Of a stretch of 64,000 nt of DNA, positions 13,624-25,408 are shown piece by piece; the stretch's first letter is position 1; the number at the start of each line of letters is the position of its first letter. Origin of the DNA: Calcarisporiella thermophila CBS 279.70 (lineage: Eukaryota > Fungi > Calcarisporiellomycota). Under the pieces are notes generated by a model. It did not search any database, was not told the DNA's origin, and saw nothing but the letters and a program-made list of their open reading frames with translations. The stretch is taken from NCBI RefSeq assembly GCF_041956535.1, contig NW_027192195.1:1020287-1084286 (forward strand), read 5' to 3'. Both the position numbers and the translations under genes were made by a program.

Positions 13624-13644
13624 TGAAGAGTGAAGAGTGAAGAG
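13624..13644. repeat. (TGAAGAG)3 tandem repeat in a divergent promoter
   Basis: Read directly. It lies in the roughly 160-nt gap between the PNPOx-like and PEX10 start codons. Confidence 0.7.
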
Positions 13645-13733
13645 TGAGTTGAGGGCGTACTAATGCATATGAAAATGTGAATTTCACGTTTTTTTTTTTC
13701 GACATTCTCCTCATTCCATGTTTTGAAACCGCT

Positions 13734-15039
13734 ATGGCGACGCCAGTGGAGCCCATATCGCTACAGGTGGCAGACGAGGCCGCATCACTACAGAATGCGC
13801 AGGATCAGTCACAATCACAAGCTCAACCGAACTTACACATAAGGCGGCATTTGCCCAATTTTAATCTCAACTTTCCCTCTGCAGCCCAACCTGATATTAG
13901 TATGGCATCTAAATCCAATCTGTTTTAAGCATTTTAATCCATGGTCTAACCCGCCTCCTGACAGTTCGCTCCAATCAGAAAGACGTCTACTACCAGTCTA
14001 TCCTTCAAGACCAAATTTCCTCTATTGTCCAGCAGCAGTTCGGCACCCAGTTCCAGCACAAATTTCAAAATGAGATCCGCATGCTCTCTGATCTATGCTA
14101 CTTTGGATTAACAACCCTGGCCGGCACACAAACTTTAGGCGAGGAGTATTGTGGGATCATGCAGGTGCACGAGCGGACGGGTGTTTACCCCGGAATCAGG
14201 GTGAGAATATCTTCCTTTCAAACCCTAGTGCGGCATTCTGTATTCATAATGGATAAACCATTTTAGAGACGCGCCACCCTCATCTTCTTTCATACCTTGT
14301 TTCCCTATTTATTAACGAAAACGATCCTTGAGCTAAAGAAACGTGTCCGCAAACCTCTTCCCCCGCGCCAGGCGCGCACTCTCACTACCTCTTTGGCTCG
14401 CAAGCGTCAGTTACTTTCCGAACTCGTGCACAACGCGTTACCCAGGCTTCAGACGTTCTTTAAGGAGCACGCGCACCCTATACATCTCGCAGTGTTTTAT
14501 TTCTTTGGGGCATACTACCATTTGGCTAAGCGAGTAACGGGAATCCGATTTATATTCACGAGGGTATTAGGGCCTGGAGAGCAGAGGATAGGTTATGAAG
14601 TTCTTGGGGTATTGTTAGTGTTGCAGCTGATAATCCGCGGGATATTGCAGCGAAGAGAGCGAGCGAAAGAACAGGAGAGCAAGAAAGACCAAGGAGAAGA
14701 CAGGTGAATCACGACTCTATGTTATAGCGCTGACAAAATACAACGTTTTTGCTAAAGCATTATATGTTATATTGTTCTAGCGAAGAGGAGGGGCTATTAG
14801 GCCAATCCTCTACATCTTCCTTTGTCGGTGACCAATTAGAGTCCAATCTGACTGCCGAGGAGATGCAAGCGCGAAAATGCACATTGTGTTTATCGCCACG
14901 GTCACAGACCACAGCAACGCCGTGTGGCCATCTCTTCTGCTGGGATTGCATTATAGAGTGGTGCCAGAACAAGGCAGAGTGCCCTTTGTGTCGACAGAGC
15001 GTGATTCTCTCTCACCTTCTTCCATTGTATAATTACTGA
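13734..15039 (+). CDS. PEX10: Peroxin 10, RING E3 ligase
   Basis: FPSAAQPDI|IRSNQKD, TLGEEY motif, [17 protein letters not shown] and a C3HC4 RING ([22 protein letters not shown]). Confidence 0.95.
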
Positions 15040-15104
15040 GCGTTCTTAACTTCATTTTAATCAAATAAATAAAGCCTCTATTTACAATAATACAATCATG
15101 GTTG

Positions 15105-16251
15105 CTAAAGAGCAGGGTCTGCTGCTAGTTTTCGTATTCTCGCCACAAAAAATCCCGAGGTGTTTGAGATCAAGGGGTCAAACCTTCTTACCGCACTCAA
15201 GTCAATATCTGGGAATTCCGGAGTCAGTTTGGGGGGAGAGGGAACTATCGATCCACAATGAACGGGCTCCAATCTTGCACTCTCCCGATGATTTGACAGA
15301 AACCACGCAATCACACACTCGTTCTGAACCTTTGACAGAGAACATGTGCTATACACAAGGATCCCGCCAGGCTTAAGCAGTCGCCAGCCATTGGCAAGCA
15401 GATTTTTCTGTAGCTGCTGAATGGAATCGATGCGAAGGGGGTCAAGGACTTGGCGTTCAAAGGCGTCGAAGTCCCAGCCTTCACGACACGAAGTATATTT
15501 CCAGATGTGTACGAGCGAGCCATCATGTGTGCACTCGGCATCCACCAGTACACGGTCGTAAAGGCGCCCCTTGAGCTGGGGATCGTTGCGTATTAATTTG
15601 GGGGCATAGAATGGTTTCACTAATGCTTCCTTGGACTCTTCGCGCTCTCGTTGTTTACGGGACACGCCTGATTTAAGCGCGGGAGCATGGACGTCGAAAG
15701 TGGTGCCATCCGCTACGAATATGCGTGCCCGAGAGCTGCGATGTTTTTTGAGTAGACTGCGACAAGTTGCGGCACGATGGGCCGAAATGTCCACCCCCGT
15801 TATAGTGCCTTCCCCAGAAGTGCCCACTAAGGAAGCAAGCATGCAGAGCTTGGCACCGGGAGCACAGCATATGTCAAGAATATGAGAGTCTGGCGTCGGT
15901 TCCAGAGCATAGACGGCAATAGCGGAGCTGATGTCCATACCGAAAATCTAAGATAATGCAAAAATCAGTGAGCACCGTACCATTTTGGCTGTCCAGAGCA
16001 ATATGTACTTTTCCATCCTTGTATGCTTGGCATCCGACGATTTTCACCCTTCCATCTAATCTCCAAAATCCGTCAACCCCTTCGACCTTTTCTATATGCG
16101 CTTGTAGTTGGTGCTCCACCTCCGATGCGGATATCTCATTCTCATCAAACCGAATAAAGCGTGGCAGGTCTGTGATGGTGTATATACGAGGATCTATGTC
16201 ATTAGCAGCTAGAAAATCTATAAATTTTTGAGGTAGAGCAGCTAGATCCAT
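15105..16251 (-). CDS. NOL1/NOP2/Sun (NSUN/RsmB-F) RNA cytosine-C5 methyltransferase
   Basis: Motif I LDICCAPGAK, motif IV VLVDAECTHDG, motif VI LVYSTCSL..QNE and GFFVARIRK. One intron near 16008-15944. Confidence 0.9.
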
Positions 16252-17486
16252 TAAAGAAATGGAGGTAGAGGGTACATTTTTTCTTGAAAGTCACACTGAC
16301 TGTAATCAATCTGACTTTGAAATGATTTATCTAGCTTAAGCTCTCTCAAGTATGCCAGGTACATATGAACGTTATAGGATTAGTGCAAGAAAAAAAAGTT
16401 GGTCAATTCTATGTAAAGAACTGGGCATTTTTACGCGTGTAACAGATGCGAGTTAGGGAAAACTTATGTTTGGTTAACCCGTGTGAATACATATATATAT
16501 ATAAAGTAGCATCAATGGCGATTGTTGGGAAATTTATAAATCCGCGTTACTCTTCTCATTTTAATTGCTGAATGTGCACATTGTGCAGGGATTTTACTGG
16601 TAGGATTGTGGTTTGACGAAGACGTGCAGGTATCGACACATATTCAGTATCAATAGACAGTAGCAAATGTTAAATTTATGGGCATTGATCTAGTCATCCT
16701 AAGATAGTTGTGATGATACATAGGCAACAATGGTATCAGCACATCGTACAGTCCTTCCCTGGTGAAGGGGATTCCGGGCTGGACTTTGGGTTGAGTTTCG
16801 ATGATCAAAAATCGCCCCAACCTTTTTTTCCTGTTATTTGTATCCTCGATTCTCAATTTTCTTTTGTTGTCGTGTTGTTGTCGTGTTTCGTGACTGCCCC
16901 CCATTTTGAAACACGAAAGCAAAACTTTGCAGGGGGCCGATCCATGGCTGAAGCAAACCCATTTATTTCTCATTTTGGATGAAATTTCCCTTGCAGCCCC
17001 ATAGCTTTCACTCTAGCTTCCTAGATGTCCCCTCATGCTCTACATTGTAATCCTCAAATCTTCATAAACCTCCCATGCCTGACTCATCGGCTTTTCTTAA
17101 CTCCTTCTGGCTCATACAATCGCACAGCATCCCAAGTCTTTCTTTCTCTGCTTATCCTTTGTCGTCATTCGGACTAAAATCAGTAGAAAGCCGCTTTCAA
17201 AACTTATTTATTTATTGGACCCCTAACCAAGCCCGGGCCCAAATCAGATAATCATTCCCATCTCCGTCCTCAATTCCATGCCCGTGGCATTAGATGCTTA
17301 ATTCTTTCATCAAAAATCAGGGAGCACTAGCCATAATATGTATGGGCTTTGGGCTAAATTGATAAAAGAATGGAAAAGAACCAAACGTGAAAATTGTAGC
17401 GGGAGATAAAGGATTTGGCAGCATCTGACTGGTCGAAGGAGTTTTTTTTTATTTGTACCACAGCGTGACTGCTCGACTTCTGACAG

Positions 17487-17494
17487 TATAAATA
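17487..17494 (+). promoter_or_regulatory. TATA box candidate upstream of TBP
   Basis: TATAAATA about 200 nt upstream of the ATG at 17692, followed by a pyrimidine-rich leader. Confidence 0.5.
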
Positions 17495-17691
17495 GGGGAG
17501 GGGGAGAGTCGAATTTTTCAAATTTTTTTCACTTTTATTGAAGTCTTATTTTCATTGGTTTCATTTTCTGTGACGTCGTCATCGTAAATTATCCCCCCCT
17601 CCCGGAACCTTTTGCCCCTCCGCCTGATAAAACCTACCCCATCCCACCCTCAACACACATTTTTATATATAGAATCATATACTTCATCATA

Positions 17692-18653
17692 ATGTATTCT
17701 TCCCCCCTTCAATCCCTTCAAACCCCCCAGCCGGTACAGAACGGAAACGGCCTGTTGCAATATCCAGTGTCGATGGGTACGCCTGCCCCCTCCTCAATGG
17801 AGGTGAAGGATGCACCAACACCTGGAGGTCAGCCGCAGAACCCGTACTCTGTCGCCGGCATCACCCCCACACTACAGTAAGTTATCATCGATGATCGCGT
17901 TTGTATATATCTTGTATAATAAATGTATTCGTGCAGAAATATTGTTGCGACAGTCAATTTGGATTGCCGCCTGGACTTAAAGACGATTGCGCTCCACGCG
18001 CGCAACGCTGAATACAATCCAAAGGTACAGACTCTTGTGTCCTGTATTCCTGCATGACCTTTTATTCAATACTTTGAATCTTTTCTTCAAACTCTTTCCC
18101 ACTTTCCTCTTGGCCTCCCCTCCACCTCGTCTCCCTTGCACACTTTTAGCGTTTTGCTGCAGTGATTATGCGCATTCGTGAACCGAAGACAACCGCACTT
18201 ATCTTTGCGAGTGGCAAGATGGTGGTGACGGGAGCCAAGTCGGAGGAGGATTCACGGCTTGCCGCCCGCAAGTATGCCCGCATCATTCAGAAACTTGGCT
18301 TCAACGCCAAATTCACTGATTTCAAGATCCAAAACATTGTGGGCTCTACAGGTTTGTTTCCTCTGTGTTTCCCACCTCTGGCACCCCTCGCTAACCACGT
18401 GATCTCTGCCCCCCTCTTTCTAGACGTGAAGTTTCCCATCCGTCTCGAGGGTCTTGCCTACTCCCACGGCCACTTCTCTTCTTATGAGCCTGAACTGTTC
18501 CCCGGCCTCATCTACCGTATGGTGAAGCCGAAGATTGTGTTGCTCATCTTCGTCAGTGGCAAGATTGTGTTAACGGGTGCTAAAGTAAGAGAGGAGATCT
18601 ATCAGGCATTCCAGGCCATCTATCCGGTGTTGACCGAATTCCGGAAGCCTTAA
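17692..18653 (+). CDS. TBP1: TATA-box binding protein (4 exons)
   Basis: GITPTLQ|[15 protein letters not shown]|[45 protein letters not shown]. Confidence 0.98.
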
Positions 18654-19227
18654 GGAGAAGGAGGCCTTGAGGTGGCCGATGGCTGTTACTTGCGGGTTCT
18701 TTGTTGCACCGTCGGTGTTCTTCCCCCACCGCCCCCCCCCCCCCTGCCTTGTTAAGCTTGACTCGCAAAGGCATGCGTTATGAGCGGACATTCTTATCTC
18801 TTCTATGCTTATGCTGGTGGAAATGGTTCGGGATTATTCTCTTATCTCCTATTCCTTCTGGGTTTTTTATGAACATTTGCGATGACTTCTCACAGTGACT
18901 TTTTCTTATTCGAGCTCTTAATAGTTTATAATCTTTTCTCTCTCCTCTCTCGTGTACTATAGTTTATCGTTATTGCATTGCTTTCCTCCTTTTTACCATT
19001 TGCGCTACCCATACTGCTTGTGATGCATGGGGTTTTTTTATTATATTCTGTGTATAGTCCTTTTTCCTTTATTGCTCTCGTATCACATAGCCCCATCTTG
19101 ACATGCTTGTGTTGGTAGCCACAAAAAAAATACATTTCTTACACAGCGTTTATTCTCTTCATCCATCTTGTGCAAATTCGGCGAATGACCCCTACTATTA
19201 CAGAAGGGGAGGGGAAAATCGATGGGT

Positions 19228-19643
19228 CTACTTTTCGCCCACCAAGTAGCGGCAGCCGTTCGGGCCCATCCAAGCCTCATGGAGCTCTTGGGCCCCGACG
19301 TCGGCACGGTCACCCGCCACAAAAGTGCGAGTTTGGCCGTTCATAGCCAGCGTGAGCTCGCCCTCCAGGATGAGGTGGGTGGTCTCGGTGGAGTGGACAT
19401 GAGGGGGGTAGTGGGCGTTGGGGGGATCGGACCATTCGAAGATATGAGTGTAACCCTTGGATGCATGGAAGGAGGGGAGAGAATGAGTAAAAGACCGATG
19501 GAATGCGGGAGGGAAAGATCATGCCAGGGGGGATACGAGGGAAACAAGCGTGATGCTGAAAATCTCTATCTGAAAAAGGGGTGATTCATTACCTCGGTTC
19601 GAAGTTGTGCTTCCTGCTCGGATTGGTTCGGCTTCGACGCCAT
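19228..19643 (-). CDS. Small cupin-domain protein (exons 19643-19593, 19455-19228), absent from ORF track
   Basis: The spliced product is MASKPNQSEQEAQLRTE|GYTHIFEWSDPPNAHYPPHVHSTETTHLILEGELTLAMNGQTRTFVAGDRADVGAQELHEAWMGPNGCRYLVGEK*. It carries the cupin HxH..E and GD....H motifs. Confidence 0.85.
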
Positions 19644-19855
19644 GCCGGTGTTGCGATCTTCACATGTAAGTAAAGGAGAGCGAGGGAGGGGATACTTGTG
19701 CCTTGTAGGGCCAAAGAACAAACGAGACTCTTGTGGCAAACTTCAAATTGAAAAAAAGGCGTCATTTGCGTGGCTGGGGATTTGGCCACAAAGGAATACT
19801 AGAGCGCGGCCCAGCTTTTCCTCTACCCTGTTGCCAAGATCCGAGCCATCGCAAG

Positions 19856-20649
19856 ATGAATTTTGCGCCGTACACCCCCTCACCTGATGAATCCAAGCGT
19901 GGTCGCAGCGGCTACCAGCCCATTCCTTCCTCCTCGTCCTCCTCAGGGCCAAGCGGCATCGCGGGCTCTTACCAGAATCCATCGACCCACGCCGGGCTTC
20001 TTGAGGAGGGAGAAGCCGCCAACACGGTTCGGGTGAATAAATACGAGACGTCCTTGCCGATCCGGGTGGACATTGAGGCGGCACTTACCTATTCGCTGGG
20101 ATGTGTCACTGGTAAGATTGCGTCTGCTGAATGATGAGGTGGCCCCTGTTTTTTGCCCCCCCCCACCCCCCCCCCAACCCCGCTTCGATGGACTAATTGT
20201 TTTCTGGGACGGGCGATGGCGGACATAGGTGTACTGTTCCTAATATTAGAGCAAAAGAATGATTACGTGCGCTTCCATGCATGGCAGTCGTCCCTGTTAT
20301 TTTTGGGGATGCTTGTAAGCCTGAAGATGTCACCCTTTGCCCAGTGTTGGCAATACTGACGGTCCATTTGCCCTCTTTCTCTCTTTCTCTCTCTGCGTTT
20401 AGGTTATTCAGTTCATCTTCATGTTCATCTCGACATTCCTCAGCTGGCTACTCTTCTTTACGGAGATTTTCCTCATCGGATATTTGAGGTATGTGTGCAA
20501 ACTCGCGCTCACTTATGATAGACTAGGAAACCCTAACGCGTGTCCCCCTCTTTCTCAGCTACCGCGCCTACCAGGATGGGGCCACCCTGGAAAGATATGA
20601 AATACCCTACATTGGTCAATATGCGGCACAGTGGACAGACGAGGAATGA
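19856..20649 (+). CDS. Small membrane protein, UPF0132/DUF4870-like (4 exons)
   Basis: MNFAPY..YETSLPIRVDIEAALTY..GVLFLILEQKNDYVRFHAWQSSLLF..YRAYQDGATLERYEIPYIGQYAAQWTDEE*. Confidence 0.8.
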
Positions 20650-21743
20650 TCGGATTCACCACCCCTCTAATGCTCTTCGCCTTCAACTCGCTCCCTCCCT
20701 TCCCTCTTGTTCCATATTCTCTATATAAATATATATAATTTCTTTTTTTTCACCCTTCTATTACTGTTGGTTTTTCTCTTTCTTTTTTTTCTCCTTCCTG
20801 TTGCTTATATCTACTCCTGTTTCAACAACCGCTTTTTTAAGAATATAGTTGATGCTGAAGCCGAGGCCAAAGTCTCCGAATCCAATGCGCTCGGTTCGTG
20901 TATGCACACTATTGCAAACTCGATGGTATCTCTCTCTCCTCTCCTCATTTTCCCCCGTTCTTTTTGGCCCCAAAGGAAAAAAAAACTACAACAAAAGGAG
21001 AGTGGGTGTTGACCATGCAATTTGACTAAATAGACAGGATGGGAGAGAGATAGCCTATCCATCTGCTCATCATCGGAGGATATCTGCCCTCTCGAAACAG
21101 GGAGTCGGTGCGAGCGAGAAGAGAGGGATGGGGGGAGGGGGGGCGGAGCTTGGATTATACCTGCACACTGCATCGGACCTTCTTAGCGTGCAGGCAAGGC
21201 GTTTCGGATGCACATCCACCAATGTGGTAAGCAGTGAAATCTCGAGCTGACTTGTTCGCCAAGGCATTGCTTATGCTAGCACCATGTACATGAGATGCAA
21301 GTAAGGGGAGAAGAAAATGCATACAATTATTTTTGTTGCAGGGTGGATAAACAAAAATTTAGAGGAAAAAAAAACGGAATCAAACATGTATTTTAGAACA
21401 ATACAACAATACAAAAAAAAATTAAAAAGGGGGGGAGAAGTGTTTTGAAATGACAAGGATAAGATGAAGGGAGAAAAATAAAATAGAATAAAAAAAATGG
21501 AATGAATAATATGTACGATGAGGGGAGAGGAAGCATTGAAAAGAAACCACAAGATCAACAAGACCAGAAGCAAATTAGGACCTTTAAGCATTCAAAAAAC
21601 ATAGGGGGAAAATAGAGGAGGAAACCGCTGTAGTGCATGGTAAAAACAATTTAGTATACCATAATGGTATGAAAGACAAGGTTGTGTGTCGGTGCAAAAT
21701 AAAATAATAGAAGGTGAGGGGGGGGGGGGAGAGAGGGAAGAGT

Positions 21744-23402
21744 TCAGTTGTTTGACGTGTTATCCCGCTCAAGCCCGTCCACGCGAGCCAAGTAGGCAAA
21801 CAAGCATGTCCAGAACTCCATCTGTTCGGACCGGCCCTCCCACAGCGGTAGCAGGGAGATGTGCGACATCGCCGGGACTTCGTGCACCTGCCACCGCCCG
21901 GGCTTGGGCACGATGTGGTGGGGGTTGAATGCATCCATCACGCGGGATTTGAGGCCACCCCGTTTCCCCTCCTCCCTGAGCAGGTGGGGTTTGACGGAGG
22001 GGCAGATGCCGGTGAAGTGCTCACAAAACTCGTAGCGGCAATCGCCCGGATGGTACTGCGAGATCTTGGGGCACACGCCGTCGTTCTCCCACCAGTCTTC
22101 CTCCGAGAACCACTTCATGGAGGGGGGCTTCGGATGCATCTGGTAGCGGCCGATGAGGTAGGAGAGGACGGTGAGCGGGATGGTTTTGGCCTGCGAGAGA
22201 AGAGGGATATGGAACTGGTAACCGCGGGAGGGCTGGGTCTAATTCGAAAGGAGGAGGAGAAGGGGTGAGAGGGTTAGCCGCCAAGTATTCTCTCGAGCCA
22301 CCACACGGTCGAACCTACCATCGAAGTGGCGATGCTCTTGTAGTATGTGCAGGGGAAAGTCTTGCTTTCCGCGTTTGCCCTCGATGCCTCGTCCAGCGTC
22401 AGGTCATAGGGGGGGTTGTCGGTGCCCTCGGCCCACGGGCTCTTCTTCAGGCACCGCTTCAGGGAATAGCGGCTCCCGATCTCCCAGTGGTCGATGTTGA
22501 AGTCGTAGAAGTACGACTTGAGCCAGGCAGGGGCCCATGCGTCGTAGAGATGCATTCCGCGATATATGATTCCTCCCCATGAGAAAGGGCGCACGTCTCC
22601 GGGAGAATGGTGCTTCTCGCCAAGGAGATAGACCGCGGTTGTTCCGCGGAAGGGCGAGCTCACCGCGGTGAGAGAGCGAATCCAATTCTCGCTTGTGTCA
22701 GGGTGAGTGGAGAAGAAGCGGTCGGCGAGGAGCTGCTGAAGGCGATAGATGGTGTTGCCTCCCTGTGAGGAAAGAGAGATGAAAGGAGAAAGATTTAGAG
22801 ATCAGAGAAGGGACGGGGGAGGGGGGTGGGGGGTGATAAAGAGCTATTTTTCAGGAACCTACCAGAGAGTGGCCCAGGAAGTGAAGGGGATGCTTTGCAC
22901 TCCACTGTGGGTAAAGGCCTATCCAAGGAATCCAGGATTTAGTCATGGAAAATCGGGTCGACGATTTATTTTCAATGGGGAGACGAGTGCCGATGCAATA
23001 CCTTCATACACGCGCCCGTACCTCGAATGTCCTTTCTCAGCAGAGTGTTCTTCTCCATAGTCCACTACGGCGAAAACAGAACCAATACGACCATCAGCTT
23101 CTGCCAGACACATCCAATTCCAATTTTCTTTTGCGCTTACCTCTGCCGCCTTTCAGTTGGTAGAATATCTCGCAGGCGCGGTCGTGTAGGCTTGAGCAGG
23201 GCCCGGGGCGAACGTGAATGATACGACGCCTGCGGCCCTGCGGCTGTAATTTGTCTAGGGGGCCCCAAAGCCAGGGCTGGTTGACACCGAAAAGGCCTTC
23301 CACCAAGACGAGCGGAACCTCTGCGTCCTGGTCGGGCAGAGGGGATGGCGGCAGCGGGGAAGCCGGGGCGGTGGGAGCAAAGAGTTCTGGAGAGCACTGC
23401 AT
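21744..23402 (-). CDS. Alpha/beta-hydrolase lipase resembling bacterial family I.5/I.6 lipases (multi-exon)
   Basis: PLVLVEGLFG, SSLHDRACEIFYQLKGG|VDYGEEHS..GHSRYG, nucleophile motif HFLGHSL|GG, SSPFRGT, WWENDGVCP (Asp) and MSH (His). Confidence 0.85.
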
Positions 23403-23537
23403 GATTGGATGAGATGACAATGGTGCGCGGGGGCTGGAAGCAGAACAAAGAAAGCTCGGTTGCAGAGAGAAGAGCGCAAGGTGGGGAGGGGGTTGTGGGT
23501 GTGAGGGCAGAGAGGCAAGAAGAGGTCGAGAGGCAAA

Positions 23538-23564
23538 GAGGAGGAGGAGGAGGAGGAGGAGGAG
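23538..23564. repeat. (GAG)9 microsatellite upstream of the lipase
   Basis: Read directly from the sequence. Confidence 0.85.
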
Positions 23565-25213
23565 AGAGAAGAGCTCCAGGAACCAAAACGGCCTTTGGAG
23601 AAAAAAGTCGGAAGCTGACACGTAATATATAGCGCTGCCAAAACGGAGGAGGGGAATGAGCTGGGATTCAGTCTGGGCCAGTCCTCGTCTTGACCATGCA
23701 AGGGAACCTTGATTTGTGCTCACGATGAAGGCCCGCCTGCACATTTAGAGTGGTTCCACTAATCTGTCGAAACAGTTAGTGACAAGACAAGGTTTTATGC
23801 ATTTAATACATGCCTTATATGGGCGAGTTTCACGAGACCTTCTGCGCGCGCTAAGTCAGGAAGGATGGCGCTGGGTGTTTTGTTCTGTCCTCTTCCCTTT
23901 TCTACACCCTCCGAACAAACCAGTGGCTTTATTGCACGGGAAACCAGTCTCCTCTCTGCCGCGCCTGTTCAATATGGCAAACCGCGCTCGCGATGCCCGT
24001 CTCCCCATACATTGCATCCCCTCGCTGCACGGCGGGCGTGCTCGCCCTTCCCCCCCCTCTCCCCGTGCGTGGCCTTGCAAGCGGCGGCGGCCCAGCGTGC
24101 TCGCTAAATGACGCCAATCCTGCTCGCACAAGGTTCGTCGCGGTTGGCCCCTGCGGCGGCCGATTGTACTAGGGAAAAAAGGGGGGGGAAAAAAACAAGC
24201 CGGGCCAATTGCCCGGCCATTTTGGGGGCGAGTGGGAAGGGGGGCCGTGGGGAGAGGCCGCCGAACCTTGATGGGCAGGCCAGGTGACAAGAGGGGGCGA
24301 GGGGTGTGCGCAAAAGCCCCTACTATTCAAGCTGAATAGGGCGATTTCACCACGGGCCCCGCGGGCTTGTCGCACTCCCACAACCATAATTTCCAATCGC
24401 GGCAGAATCTCATTTATCCCATGTTATGTCTTGCCTCGCTTAGAAGCAGCATATTTCCGAACATAGCGAAAAAGTGGAAATCTGACACATCGGTTCCTGA
24501 TATTTTTAGAAGGCCGCGAGGGCCCGGCGGCCTCTGGCTCGCGGCAATTTTTCTTTTTTCATGAGTGCTGCGGGGGACGGGCGTGTCGAGGAGAAAGCAG
24601 CTCTGACAACGGGGCAATTCATGCGACACCGCCGGCTTGTTTCTGATGCGCTCGCCCCTTTCCTTATCCTCCCTCCCGCCGCCTTATCGCCCCCGCGCAC
24701 ACGAGCATCGCCTCCCCTTGCCGCCTGAATCAGCCAGGGCTGAGATTAGGCTAAATCACGTCAGTGTTTCTTTTTTGTGCCCTTGCGTTTCTTTATGGGT
24801 GGGTGCGGGCCTGATCTGCTCGCCAGCAGAGGCGGGCCCGCAGCTTGTCACCTTCTTTTGGGCGGGTGCGAGGGTGGTTCCAGGCCCGCCTGCATTAGAG
24901 TTTTTCCTTTAGAGTTTCCCGGCATCTATGCGGGCGCGGAGCGCATTTTTCCATTTTTTTCTCAAGGGGCACGGCAGAGTTTCTGGCCGCGAAAAGCTCC
25001 GGGGGAGGCGCGGGCACCGTAGCTGCTTCTGTCAATAGCTAGTCTGCTTTATTATTTAGTCATGGACCACAACAAAATAAAGCAGCAATGGAAGAGCATA
25101 TGTGCTAAGAAGAGGGGGGAGGGGGGAGGGGGCTTCAAGCGGGGCTTATCCCAAAAACAAGGTCTGAAATGGGGGAGGGGGGCTCACAAGACAGCGAGTC
25201 TGGGGATGGAGCA

Positions 25214-25408
25214 TCACTCCGCGAGATAGCAGTGGAGCCGGCAGCTCATCCATCTTCGCCTACAGGACTCGTAATCCGGGTCATCTTTGCACTCAGTTGA
25301 GCCGGGATCGCAGTTTTTAAGACATTCCGTTGGTTCGGCCATGACGATGGGAAGGATGAGGAGCAGCGCAACTAGCGCAAACATAACCAGATGGTGGCGG
25401 CGTTTCAT
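25214..25408 (-). CDS. Small secreted cysteine-rich peptide (64 aa)
   Basis: Signal peptide MKRRHHLVMFALVALLLILPIVMA, then EPTECLKNCDPGSTECKDDPDYESCRRRWMSCRLHCYLAE with 6 Cys. Intronless. Confidence 0.7.
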   Translation of the reverse strand: MKRRHHLVMFALVALLLILPIVMAEPTECLKNCDPGSTECKDDPDYESCRRRWMSCRLHCYLAE

